Positions 55,401 to 64,000 are shown, counted from the first letter of the stretch. The stretch: DNA of 64,000 nt from a virus (IMGVR_UViG_3300028048_000080:1-64000); one strand, 5' to 3'. Translations and numbers: made by a program. Notes: generated by a model not told the origin, from the sequence alone.

Positions 55401-58400
55401 GAAACCTATATGGGTAGAGCCGATATCATCGAGAACCTTTTCGGTCTTAACTCCTTTACCTAGCCCACCACCGCCAGTCGGCATCTTATCTAATGGATAT
55501 ACGCCGTATACGCCAGGGTCAACGTCGCCGTACTGTCCACTCTTAAATTGGAACGAAGCGATGCTGGTATCTGATGTCGGTGCGTCAAACATATCCAGGG
55601 TTACGGGATCAAAATCCATGCCGTTTACCTGAATATAGTTACGGTGGCCTATATCGCGAGCTTTCTGCTTAATGTTCTGCGTGATACCATACAGCAATGC
55701 TTTAGGGTCTACGCCGTTAATATTGCGATAGTCGAACCCAAGGAAAGTGTTGAGACTTTTTTGAGGTTTGATTAATTCGCCTATAGTAGGATTTAATACC
55801 GCGCCCCATGGAGTACCGTCGGCAAACATATGACCGGTCAGCTCATAAGGTCTGTCCTCTTTATGCTTCTCTTCTAACCAATACGGATCTAATATTCCGG
55901 CTATGGGAGAAAATGGATTGGTAGGCGTCGGCAAAAGGCTGTGCGACCATTTATCCCAGTAGCCATCGTAAAGAGCCTTGTCTTTCCAATCGGATTGGAT
56001 ACGACGAGCAAACGTAGGCTCCCAATAGGATATCTCTGCGCCGCGGGCTTCGTTTACGCCGCCGAATGTCCACCATGCACCTTTGCGTACGGGAGTGTAT
56101 CCTTTCTGATACCATTCACGCCGTTCATCGGCGTTCATGAAGTCATCGTGATCGCCCCAGTATTGCATTATAGGGTTAATAGCCTTTTCGCCTTTGAGCC
56201 AATCGGTTAAACCGATGGTATCCAAAACTTTGCGGCCGGCAATATCGAATTCCGCTACGCCTTGAGCCATAGCTCCAGACATGGACATACCCGTTATCTC
56301 TTCGGATGTATCATCCATCCATTCAAGATAAGTAGCTCCTACGGCCACGGGGAGAATGCGTTTGGTAAACATCGCCGTGAGCATATCCGTAGCACTGCCC
56401 ATGTTATCCTTGGAGAAACCTAATCCAACTTTATTCATTTCGTCGGACAAACGGGATAAGAAGAAATATGGAACGTACGTAGCGTTGGTAACATCACCCA
56501 TATTGCCGCGGCCGGCAGTAAACTGTTTTCCGAACTGCTTAGCCGTATCCATGAAACGGCCTTCGGTTACGCTGGTAAGAAGGTCTGTTACATGTACCGT
56601 TTTACGTTGAGTAACGAACTGGTTATACGGCAGCGGATTAGCTATCTCATCTGCCTGCATATATGGCGTGTCGAAGAGATGTTCATTTTCGGCGGCCATA
56701 TTAGCCAGGTCTTCCTGAAATTGCTTATCCATTTGTTCGTTGCTGCTGGATAATGCGCTGCTGACAGATCTTAACGCTTTCCATTCATCTTCTCTGGTGA
56801 AAGAGTTTTCTTCAGACATTCTTAGCGCATCTTCAAGATAAGTCAGATCATTCAATCGATGAGCGTTTATGCGTTCCGCGTCTTCCAGCCCAGCCGCGTT
56901 TATTTTGTCCAACGCTTTGGCATAATCAGGTTTTGAAGAACCATCGCGCGCCATCTGAGCGAAAGCTTCGCGACTAAACAAGTTGCGTAAGTACTCTTTT
57001 GCATCTTCCGTATAATTGCCGGGTTCGGTATTGGGTAAATCAAGGACGCTGGTAGAAAGATTTAATTTTTCTTTGGCTACTTTCTGAACGATATGGGAAT
57101 TGAGACTGTGGATATTGCCACGCGCCTTACGGGCCAGATCATTCAATTCGCCGATGGCATAAGTGTCGTCTCCGCTCTGCATAAGGAGCTCAAGCATAGA
57201 TTCGTAATCGTCTTTGACCAAATACTCCAGCATGGTGCGCGCAGGAGTTTTACCTTCGTTAGCCAAGAGCCGTTCAGCACTTAACGAATCAATGCCGTAA
57301 GTATGATTGCGAAGATTATCGCGGATAACGTCTACGCGATCGTGATAGCTATCAAGCCATTCATCAGAAACCAGTTTTTTATCATATTTTTGAAGTCCAA
57401 GAATGTCGGCGTCTTCTATAGTAGGATTGAGCATATCGCGGGCAGCCGTGGGGAAATAATCCAGATTGCTCCCCTTATTAGCCCAGGCATTGTATTTTTC
57501 AGCGAATTTAAAGCCGCTGAATTCATCGCGTCCTTGTCCTATATCAAAAAAACTAGTAAACCAGTTGCCACCTTTTTTGTAGCGTACGTTGCCGGACATT
57601 TGCTGATGCATATGCTTGCGTGGGCCGAATCTGCCGGAAACGAATTCTGTCTCGATACCCTGCATTTCTTTGGCGAGTTCGATCTTATCGTCGCCGACTC
57701 TATACCAGTCGCCCATAACGTAGAGCATATTGCTGTCAATTACGTTAGTCTTTCTATTATCGGCGGCGTTAGATAATGCCGCGAGGCCAGGATCTATAGA
57801 ACCTTTCGCCGCAAAATGAATATTGGGCATTACGCGGTCGAGAGATGCCTCGCGCATCTTAAAGATTTTGCCGGGAAGCGTATTCGCGAAACTGGATACC
57901 AGTTCATCCATAAACTTACGACTATCGTGGAGGCTATACATGTTGCCTCTCGCATCCATGCGCAGCACGTCAGCGTCAGGCGTTAAATCCAGGAATCTCT
58001 GCTCCTTAGACTCTTTCATGTAGCGGTCGTAAGCTTTGGTGCCCTTCTTGGCGTTCTTATTTAACCCCGCCTGCTTATCCAGTTCTTCGAAGTACAGGCG
58101 AGCATCTTCGATATCGTCAAGCGGGCTGTAGTTCGTGCCTCGATTTTCGCCATTTACCTGGTAATGGTTGACAGAAGTTTTATCTTTATTAGCCAGAATT
58201 TCACGGTTGCTTACGCCGCGGCCACCGGTAACCCTATCCTTTATGCTTAGATTTCTAACGGTACCGAAGCGTTTTTCCATTCGGTCGAGGTTATATGCAG
58301 ATTCGTTAACCTGTTCGGCGAGCTTCTGGCTGAAATCGTCAACATATTTTTTACGCGCTTGCTTGTTGTCAACATAACGCATATAGCGAAGCATTGTATC

Positions 58401-59030
58401 GATATTTTTATCTTCCAGGAGGCCAAGCTCTTTCCTGGCTTTTCTGACATCTCTTCTGTTACGGACATTGGATACAATCTTCTGCATGAATTCATAGCGC
58501 TTGGCTATTTGGTTTTCCGAATACTGTGCCCCAAAATGCTTTGTAAACTGGTTTATGGAGTGATTCAATATATCCTGTCGCCAGCTCGCTTGAGCCATGC
58601 TCTTAAATCCGGAAGCGTTAGCCTGACGAAGTTCGCTCATTAGGCCGAATAAATTGCGCTGGTCATACGGATCTAAGTGCAACGGAGCAGTCTTGGCTTT
58701 CTCCCAAGATTCTTCCCACGCACTCTTGCCATCGCTTTTAAGGCGGCGAATATCGCTTATCGTCCAATCGCCGAAATCACGTTTAAATACCGTGCTCTTG
58801 CCTAAACGAGAAGCGAAACGGGCACTAAAATTTAAGCCCCGCGAAATAGCAGGGCTGAGGCCAGATCGATGCGCCAGAACGGTGCCGGCAGCACCGGCCG
58901 CTCCATAATAGGCGTTATCCGTTATGAATTTACTAACTGAGCTAAAAAAGCCTTTACCTTCATTTTCACGGGCTTTGTTTCGCTCAGCCTGTTCCTGTCT
59001 TTGCTTTCTTGCTGCTTCTTCTGGCGTCAT
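52443..59030 (-). CDS. tape-measure-like / ejection protein with degenerate SNase-like domain, 2195 aa
   Basis: Directly follows two tail chaperones; largely helical with several Gly/Ala-rich hydrophobic segments; SNase-like segment at about 54035..54303. Confidence 0.55.
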   Translation of the reverse strand: MTPEEAARKQRQEQAERNKARENEGKGFFSSVSKFITDNAYYGAAGAAGTVLAHRSGLSPAISRGLNFSARFASRLGKSTVFKRDFGDWTISDIRRLKSDGKSAWEESWEKAKTAPLHLDPYDQRNLFGLMSELRQANASGFKSMAQASWRQDILNHSINQFTKHFGAQYSENQIAKRYEFMQKIVSNVRNRRDVRKARKELGLLEDKNIDTMLRYMRYVDNKQARKKYVDDFSQKLAEQVNESAYNLDRMEKRFGTVRNLSIKDRVTGGRGVSNREILANKDKTSVNHYQVNGENRGTNYSPLDDIEDARLYFEELDKQAGLNKNAKKGTKAYDRYMKESKEQRFLDLTPDADVLRMDARGNMYSLHDSRKFMDELVSSFANTLPGKIFKMREASLDRVMPNIHFAAKGSIDPGLAALSNAADNRKTNVIDSNMLYVMGDWYRVGDDKIELAKEMQGIETEFVSGRFGPRKHMHQQMSGNVRYKKGGNWFTSFFDIGQGRDEFSGFKFAEKYNAWANKGSNLDYFPTAARDMLNPTIEDADILGLQKYDKKLVSDEWLDSYHDRVDVIRDNLRNHTYGIDSLSAERLLANEGKTPARTMLEYLVKDDYESMLELLMQSGDDTYAIGELNDLARKARGNIHSLNSHIVQKVAKEKLNLSTSVLDLPNTEPGNYTEDAKEYLRNLFSREAFAQMARDGSSKPDYAKALDKINAAGLEDAERINAHRLNDLTYLEDALRMSEENSFTREDEWKALRSVSSALSSSNEQMDKQFQEDLANMAAENEHLFDTPYMQADEIANPLPYNQFVTQRKTVHVTDLLTSVTEGRFMDTAKQFGKQFTAGRGNMGDVTNATYVPYFFLSRLSDEMNKVGLGFSKDNMGSATDMLTAMFTKRILPVAVGATYLEWMDDTSEEITGMSMSGAMAQGVAEFDIAGRKVLDTIGLTDWLKGEKAINPIMQYWGDHDDFMNADERREWYQKGYTPVRKGAWWTFGGVNEARGAEISYWEPTFARRIQSDWKDKALYDGYWDKWSHSLLPTPTNPFSPIAGILDPYWLEEKHKEDRPYELTGHMFADGTPWGAVLNPTIGELIKPQKSLNTFLGFDYRNINGVDPKALLYGITQNIKQKARDIGHRNYIQVNGMDFDPVTLDMFDAPTSDTSIASFQFKSGQYGDVDPGVYGVYPLDKMPTGGGGLGKGVKTEKVLDDIGSTHIGFFEAIDYKLFGGPPPKQGSVIATDDKGNGTVITTQKQHVKISAEDKLLYNELVGETLYDELTDMLPRNDVVDGLVHGNMLEDVARGIDPMHSTHAWGELSALASKVNPRRMLASVTASRKAESGKTVSPYGVDEDETMIHGDKLKSYRPSQAMDFLSDPDAVTQLINQTKGAGVVENAAVSWRLISGIYGYALGAATGFGVDDMERIATGQDMTSFSRTFWDENLGGLGGAAAEIARRFVPDYRRGPRNNPLMNTMPDWLPERFRFGDPFTQIQKGEMRLPGKGYESLNELHPDQYGEYGAFDRMKILADIAPFSPEYRLWRDIAKKTITDPALIDEMDEIRDRVNQQGKKHDFYDYKVVGKGLEYQQVVVSEVMGYGKFRSGNRIFKIAGAHLKANAQESAQEVLNRYIHVGETVTVAVDEDEYARKNKDAQGTLNAAVFADGMNIGQEMIKNGDASIRKGDTSAAATLANYGPVQKMVAWGSEYIAHMDIPWLSDQFLRVRSPLESYDAEQVYGTPYQSWEHPINSILMPALERAAHDRSAFTGMLGNVYRFTRDFEGASPWMKHAGAYAFIFGDRGAFIGNVLGNAMGLDERTRMNWSRYGSTAMTLAHAATGGNSYVDEALSMANIGQEVGRFFEKNGKTRAIYGAIGAAAGMLYHGKKNPNGDWIPERTKEKWEMQDYFDRLTYLKYEGLFHAAAEKAKEEEDVDLEDVIELQQEKAEKNQKALSKYKSMKKKLQQNSRPSTQRDELMKKLNAKIADLEGDTMILPGGEWTRTALLYKKAADATMYALDENSSWSQIVTALPTNDREYFMEFVKEVNPDKRNVILNKVSPFLRKALQLAWGQTVDEQEDNETFFAKHELPVANWAGWAPQYDLNNIEVKTIENEAMNLSDFGYYDSQVRDEKVINAPTVNFRGGGRDHNEAAVKNYMEDVLKGAGLKGVDISVEAGPTGGGTTIWAAVKQMMGMRHEQKMVENSLSMQSSY

Positions 59031-59045
59031 CTTCTAACCTCTCTT

Positions 59046-59867
59046 TTACCAGCCAGGACGAAGTGCCGGAGAACGATCATCAACGTCATCCTGAGCAAGG
59101 CCGTCGATACCGCCCATCTCCATAACACTGTCGTTAGCGAACTGCGGGAATTTCTTCAGGAACTCTGCGCGTTCCTTCATTTTCTCCGGGGTGAGCTTAG
59201 ATGCTCGTTCACCGCCCCGAATAGTTTTTCCGCTGTCGTCTTTTTTCTTTTTCCGGGCTTTTTCTTCTTTTTGTATTTGGGGTCTATCCCCCATACCCAC
59301 GTCGTCCGTTCTATAGTGTTCATTGTTTCCACCTGCTACGCCAAATTCAATTCCACGAAGGGAATGTAGTTTCCATTCTGCGCGGGATAAATATTTCGTC
59401 GTCTTCTCGACATCCCAGCGCTCAATCTCTTCGATGTCGATATTAGGGAATGCTTCATTGATAATGCAGGTAATCTGATTATCGATATCGTACATTTCGG
59501 CACGATAATACTCGTGAAGCGTTCTACGATGTTCAACGGAATCCAGGAAGCTTTCTTTCAGAATAGCTTTTTCGAGTTCCGTTGGCACACCGGCAGGCAT
59601 ATCGTCCCACTCAATAGTATCTGGGTCAGGGTACAGCAGACACTGCGAGCAGATGATTTCTTCCTTCTTGTAATCATCGAAGCGAGGGTCCTGCAGTATT
59701 TCGCGGTATTCGCTGCGGCCAATGGCACGATAGAAATACACGTTACCATCGAGCTCAATGCCGAATACGTTACGATACTTCTCACACAAATCTACGTAAA
59801 TCTGTGTGAAGTTTATCGGCGCTTTCGGCTCATCAGCTTCCCGCATAATGCGAATTTTATTAGCCAT
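59046..59867 (-). CDS. putative tail assembly chaperone, 273 aa
   Basis: EKYRNVF...YFYRAIGRSEY...CLLYP is paralogous to the upstream 118-aa gene; lies between tube and tape-measure-like genes. Confidence 0.6.
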   Translation of the reverse strand: MANKIRIMREADEPKAPINFTQIYVDLCEKYRNVFGIELDGNVYFYRAIGRSEYREILQDPRFDDYKKEEIICSQCLLYPDPDTIEWDDMPAGVPTELEKAILKESFLDSVEHRRTLHEYYRAEMYDIDNQITCIINEAFPNIDIEEIERWDVEKTTKYLSRAEWKLHSLRGIEFGVAGGNNEHYRTDDVGMGDRPQIQKEEKARKKKKDDSGKTIRGGERASKLTPEKMKERAEFLKKFPQFANDSVMEMGGIDGLAQDDVDDRSPALRPGW

Positions 59868-59870
59868 GTA

Positions 59871-60227
59871 TTACAGCTCCTCAGACTCCGGTAACGGTAG
59901 GAAACCGGAATGAGCCATAATCTCTTCCGCCAACAGATTGGCAAGGCCGGCCTGAGCTTCCAGCATTTCCTCGATGTTTTCAGGATACAGAACGGACGTG
60001 CGGCAAATACCGAGACGACGATTATCCGTACGCTCGATACGCTTTTCTACTACTTCTTCGTCTTCTTCAGAGATATCCGTTTCGAGCATCAGCTGAGTAT
60101 ATTCACTACGGCGAATAGGGCGATAGATAATAGCGTCATTGCCGTTAGCCGTCTTATAAACATGACCGTATTCAGCTTTCCATTCATCAATCTGTGCCTG
60201 AGACACTGCTTCTTTGTCAATTTTCAT
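59871..60227 (-). CDS. putative tail assembly chaperone, 118 aa
   Basis: QIDEWKAEYGHVY...IIYRPIRRSEY...SVLYP...IMAHSGF; acidic; canonical position. Confidence 0.65.
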   Translation of the reverse strand: MKIDKEAVSQAQIDEWKAEYGHVYKTANGNDAIIYRPIRRSEYTQLMLETDISEEDEEVVEKRIERTDNRRLGICRTSVLYPENIEEMLEAQAGLANLLAEEIMAHSGFLPLPESEEL

Positions 60228-60278
60228 GAGTTAGTTCTCTCCTTTTGTCTTTTACATTTTGTAATTTATACTATATCT

Positions 60279-60284
60279 ATTACC
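60279..60284 (-). promoter_or_regulatory. putative late promoter core GGTAAT
   Basis: GGTAATAGATATAG upstream of the chaperone genes. Confidence 0.6.
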
Positions 60285-60294
60285 AGCTAGTATG

Positions 60295-60972
60295 TTATTT
60301 CTCCGCCTCTTTTACGGCGCTTTCATCTAGCGTCTTCATATCCTTGGCTACGAACTGATACGTTTCGGTAAGAGGAGTAGGATTAGAAGAACTGGCGCCA
60401 GAAACCAGGTTTATAATGCGTACGCCTTCCAAGACCACGTGAGTTTCTCTTAATCCACGCGCGGGTTTACCATATACGATATCGATATCAAAAGTTTGAG
60501 GCCAAAGTTCCTTCGTGTTGGTACCCGCAACTATGCCTCTCACGCTGTCGTCCAAAGCTCCACTCACTTCTCCCAATACACGGTCATGAGTAGGGATGAT
60601 GTAAGAGCTCTGACCATAAAATGCATTTTGTTTAGCAGCCGTTTCCAGTATCTTGAACAGATAGTTAGGGCTGGTAAAGCGTATAGAGAAGGTTCCTGAT
60701 ATCAGCCGCGAACCTACGTGGATCTCGTCCACCGTATAGGAGTTAAATCCGAAGATAGGAAGATTTTGCTGGTTGAGCGACCACTGTATATCGCATACAT
60801 CTTCTACGTATTCATTGCCGAAATATAGTTCAGCGTCTATAGAAGAGTAGTAACGTTTCATAATGGCGTTGGGCTGTTCCTTTATCCCATTGGCCGTCTT
60901 AGTTCGTTTATACCCCGTGACGAATGGCACGTACAGAGGCGTTTTATCCATGTATTTAGTTATGTCTGCCAT
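60295..60972 (-). CDS. tail tube-like virion protein, 225 aa
   Basis: YYSSIDAELYF...IQWSLNQQNLPIFG...GSRLISGTFSI...LEGVRI...ETYQFVAKD matches the tube-protein pattern. Confidence 0.7.
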   Translation of the reverse strand: MADITKYMDKTPLYVPFVTGYKRTKTANGIKEQPNAIMKRYYSSIDAELYFGNEYVEDVCDIQWSLNQQNLPIFGFNSYTVDEIHVGSRLISGTFSIRFTSPNYLFKILETAAKQNAFYGQSSYIIPTHDRVLGEVSGALDDSVRGIVAGTNTKELWPQTFDIDIVYGKPARGLRETHVVLEGVRIINLVSGASSSNPTPLTETYQFVAKDMKTLDESAVKEAEK

Positions 60973-62737
60973 GATAAATGATTACCTCCATATCCATTTG
61001 GTCACGATAATAACTACGTTCGCCGAGATTGTTAAAAAATACGCGGCCGGAAGACTTGTGGCTATCCACGTCAACGGCGTATACGCAGCAGAAATCGGCG
61101 TTATCTATCCTAGTGCTTATGCCACTATCGCTATCGCTGGAAAGATATTCGCGGGAAACTACGTCGTTAAAAGCATCGTAACGTTCCACGCATAGCACGT
61201 AGCTGGCGCGATTGTTAGGGAAAGTCAGGCGATTTTCTGCGTAGTAAAACACCGGCGGTTCAGGGAAGAAGGTGGAATCATACAGACCAAGTTTCATCCA
61301 ATTATCTTCCACGAAGAATAGTATGTTGCCTCTATCTCCGGCAATCTTTTGATTCTTGATAACACCCAGTATGATTTCATCGAAAACGTCCCGCGGATTT
61401 TTGGAAGAATCCGTACATAATGGTAGCGTAATATCGGCGAATACGTTATATGATTCACCAGCGCCGAAAACTTCGATAAAGCCGTTGAGAAGCTGCTTAG
61501 AGTATTCCGCGAGCTCGACCTGATGCCGTTTTTCGCAGTATTCCTCGACATAATCGTCATCATCCGAAATAGAATAACGAGCGAATTTAGAAACTACGGT
61601 TCCTCGGCTGTCTTTAACGCAGACGATAATTTCGTCGTCCAGCATAGACTGCCTAGTGTCAATCTTCATAACGGGGGAATTAATTAAGAAACGTAAATCA
61701 AAGTTTGCGTCGATACCCAAATCGTTTTCTACTATAGAGAGGTAATACTCATCGGTAGAAGCGGCGAGCATATCGTAATCCGGTATCGTTACAACTAGCA
61801 CGGATGGGTCTAGTCCGCTGGCCACAACTTCCGGACGATCAATCATAATACTGCGCGGCATTGAGGCCCGTTCTTCGATTATGCGCTGTTTGTCCTCGTG
61901 GGTGAGCTCTATTCCAGTATGAGCAAGTTCTGCGTCATCCATCATTTCCACTTCGATAGCTGCGTCAGAATGCTTACTTTGTTCCCAGAGATATGCCAAA
62001 CCAAGCTCATTCAGCTGATAATGATAAAGGCTTACTACGAGTTCCGGGCCGCTATAAAAATCCATTCGATAAAAATGGCCTGGTATGAAGAACGGATGAA
62101 TATCTCCCGGACCAATTTTTTGTGCGTAGACAAAGTTTGGTTTGTCTCCATCGTAAATGAATACGCTCATATGAGTAATGGAAACTGAAGGCGTTATCGA
62201 AAAATCTGGAGCGTAATGGCATACCATTTTGCTTAGATAGCCACGGTTTGCCGCCATAATCATAGTGTTTTCAAAATGTTCGGCTACGTTTATTAGCTGA
62301 TAAAAACTGATTAGCTCGTAATCAGACGGAGACTTTATCTTAGAGAACTCTTTAAGTATCTGATGTGTATAGCTTACTTGCGCGTTATTAATTTTGCCGA
62401 CCAGATTCTTTACGAAATTCTCGTCTTCGCAATCGTGTAAGTAGGATAGTATTTTTTGGAACACTGCTTTATCGCTGTCACGCGTATAATAAAATTCGAT
62501 AGCGGGAGACTGTGCTCCTCCGGGCGCGCTCAACCATACGCTATAACGGCCGGCGCCTTCCGGGAAATTCGTTATGACGACTTCATCCCCTTCTAGGGCT
62601 ATGCTATGCGTAATATCCGTTCCTACGAGAGAATAATTAAGTGTACTATAACCATAATGCCTGCCATTGGCTTTTACGTAGACTGCCGTATTTAATTGCT
62701 TAGAAATTGTCACGGGAAATAAAGATTGTTTTGGCAA
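60956..62737 (-). CDS. hypothetical virion-associated protein (about 593 aa; probable TTG start)
   Basis: Long ORF between the two tube-like genes; AGAGGTG SD precedes the TTG at 62737. Confidence 0.65.
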   Translation of the reverse strand: MPKQSLFPVTISKQLNTAVYVKANGRHYGYSTLNYSLVGTDITHSIALEGDEVVITNFPEGAGRYSVWLSAPGGAQSPAIEFYYTRDSDKAVFQKILSYLHDCEDENFVKNLVGKINNAQVSYTHQILKEFSKIKSPSDYELISFYQLINVAEHFENTMIMAANRGYLSKMVCHYAPDFSITPSVSITHMSVFIYDGDKPNFVYAQKIGPGDIHPFFIPGHFYRMDFYSGPELVVSLYHYQLNELGLAYLWEQSKHSDAAIEVEMMDDAELAHTGIELTHEDKQRIIEERASMPRSIMIDRPEVVASGLDPSVLVVTIPDYDMLAASTDEYYLSIVENDLGIDANFDLRFLINSPVMKIDTRQSMLDDEIIVCVKDSRGTVVSKFARYSISDDDDYVEEYCEKRHQVELAEYSKQLLNGFIEVFGAGESYNVFADITLPLCTDSSKNPRDVFDEIILGVIKNQKIAGDRGNILFFVEDNWMKLGLYDSTFFPEPPVFYYAENRLTFPNNRASYVLCVERYDAFNDVVSREYLSSDSDSGISTRIDNADFCCVYAVDVDSHKSSGRVFFNNLGERSYYRDQMDMEVIIYHGRHN

Positions 62738-62749
62738 GCGTATCACCTC

Positions 62750-64000
62750 TTATTGATTTTCAAAATATTTATCTACGTCTTGACGTCCTTTTTGCCAAGC
62801 TTTCTTGAGAGAAGCGTACCACTCCACGTATTGCCCTTGCGTAATGGCTCCGTTTTCTTTCGCTGACAATAACGTATTGCTTAAATTCTGTAGCGTGCTG
62901 TCGATGATAGCCAGACAATGATTCCGCCCTTTTTTTAAATCATCCTCGCTAATTATGAACGCTTGACTATAGTCAGGTTTGTCGGCCGTTACTTCCTGTT
63001 TGCTAGGCGTTTCTTGTGCGGGCAAATCAACGGGCGCTTCCTCTTTCGTGTCATCGTTGTCATGTTTCGGCTTTTCAGCGGCATGGCTTCCGCTCTTAGC
63101 GCCGCCATTGGAATCAACGTTTACCGTCAGATAATCCAAATCTTTAGCCATATACTGGAACGTATTTTCCGTATACATATCCTGAACACTCATAGTCTGA
63201 CCTTCCATGACGAAGGTGACGCCATATATAGCTAGGCGTGATTTGTCGCCGTACTCATTGCACATGGAAATAGTAATATTAATGGGCGGCAACTCATCCG
63301 TGAGAATATGCGCGTTACTGCCAACATGCCGTAAATACTCATCCATCATCTTATGGGCCCAGTGCCGGTCAAATACGGTAAACACCATGGAACCGGCGAT
63401 GGTGCGGTTACCGAATACTACACTCTTCATATTCATGTCGCCTAATACGCGTACGGGCATTTTTTCGTTATACATGGAGTAGGAGATAGTCTGAAGCTCG
63501 CCGACAACATGTGTAATACTGCCTTTCTCGAGAGGAATTTCGAAGATGGCTACCATGTCATGTCCTGAGTATGAAGTATATGTTTTGACATACTGAGAAG
63601 AAATGGTCATATTGGATGGCTTCTGCCAGTCAATTTTTTGCTCTCCTTTAGATGGAAGGCTCGGGGACGATGGAGTAGTATTTTTAGGCGGAGCTTTTAC
63701 CTTGGCGGGGGATTGTTTATTGTTTTCTGGGAGTTTGACGGGTGCCTCTTTTTTGTCCTCCGATTTATTCTCTTGAGGTTTTTCCCCTTGAGGCTTTTCT
63801 TGAGGTTTTTCTTCCTGAGGAGCATTTTCTTGAGGCTTCTCCTGAGGCTTTTCTTCCGAAAGGGGGTCTTGGGGAGGAGCCTGAGGAGGTTTATTTTCTT
63901 CCGGCTTTGTTTGGTTGCCCGTATTGCTGGGAGGAGGGCCGCTAACCACATCGGTATTGTTGGCGTTAGCCATTTCTTCTATAGTAACGCCGTATGCATC
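62750..64000 (-). CDS. tail tube-like virion protein with Pro/Glu/Lys-rich linker, probably 5'-partial
   Basis: YSGHDMVAIF...GELQTISYS...PVRVLG...GNRTIAGSMVFTVFD...DELPPINITI...YGVTF...FQYMAKD. The frame stays open from the ATG at 63973 to the window edge (DAYGVTIEE) and that ATG has no SD. Confidence 0.7.
   Translation of the reverse strand, partial: DAYGVTIEEMANANNTDVVSGPPPSNTGNQTKPEENKPPQAPPQDPLSEEKPQEKPQENAPQEEKPQEKPQGEKPQENKSEDKKEAPVKLPENNKQSPAKVKAPPKNTTPSSPSLPSKGEQKIDWQKPSNMTISSQYVKTYTSYSGHDMVAIFEIPLEKGSITHVVGELQTISYSMYNEKMPVRVLGDMNMKSVVFGNRTIAGSMVFTVFDRHWAHKMMDEYLRHVGSNAHILTDELPPINITISMCNEYGDKSRLAIYGVTFVMEGQTMSVQDMYTENTFQYMAKDLDYLTVNVDSNGGAKSGSHAAEKPKHDNDDTKEEAPVDLPAQETPSKQEVTADKPDYSQAFIISEDDLKKGRNHCLAIIDSTLQNLSNTLLSAKENGAITQGQYVEWYASLKKAWQKGRQDVDKYFENQ
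63765..63858 (-). repeat. low-complexity EKPQ coding repeats
   Basis: EEKPQEKPQENAPQEEKPQEKPQGEKPQENK. Confidence 0.85.

Noticed and set aside
59860-59900. Programmed frameshift joining the two chaperones
   Set aside because: No slippery heptamer is evident; the second gene has its own GAGGAG SD and ATG and is a full paralogue.
60981-60986. Extra GGTAAT upstream of the 225-aa tube-like gene
   Set aside because: It is part of the SD (GGAGGTAAT) inside the upstream coding region, so it was not counted as a promoter.
181-63945. All plus-strand ORFs in the supplied track and the short nested minus-strand ORFs
   Set aside because: They lie within long, tightly packed minus-strand genes, lack SD sites and recognisable motifs, and the longer ones mirror low-complexity repeats.
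1-64000. Stop-codon reassignment
   Set aside because: Very long ORFs are intact in the standard code, and TAA, TAG and TGA all end genes at sensible junctions.
30597-64000. Bacterial extracellular contractile injection system or tailocin rather than a phage
   Set aside because: Module size, the RNAP-like protein and the dedicated promoter motif fit a large phage better. No capsid, terminase or sheath gene lies in the window, so this is not formally excluded.
1-64000. tRNA, rRNA, introns, inteins, transposases, integrase
   Set aside because: Intergenic gaps are short and explained by terminators and promoters; no such motifs were recognised by eye.

Overview
The window is a 64-kb stretch of a large tailed-phage genome, most likely a contractile-tailed (myovirus-type) phage of a Bacillota host, judged from GGAGG-type Shine-Dalgarno sites and a sigma-A-type promoter. 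All credible genes are on the minus strand and tightly packed, and together form the tail/baseplate module. In transcription order (right to left): two tail-tube-like proteins with an unknown gene between them; two paralogous tail-assembly chaperones; three giant proteins (2195, 2960 and 2829 aa); an OB-fold spike protein; a tail lysozyme; baseplate wedge/J/I-like proteins; further structural proteins; a stand-alone holin-like gene; a repeat-rich tail-fibre cassette; and a final block of structural genes ending at a hairpin that also contains a sigma-A promoter. The main discovery is the 2960-aa protein (43447..52329). It carries, in one chain and in beta-then-beta' order, recognisable motifs of a two-barrel RNA polymerase (catalytic loop NGDYDSD preceded by RYP, and a beta-like K-x6-K motif and SBHM-like segment). 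It is fused to an intact N-terminal DEDDh 3'-5' exonuclease and has a hydrophobic C-terminal segment. Its gene is bracketed by two identical 31-bp palindromic repeats. Every sizeable intergenic gap in the module contains a GGTAAT-N5-9-T(A/T)G motif, a probable phage late promoter. All functional calls come from motif recognition by eye; no database search was run.
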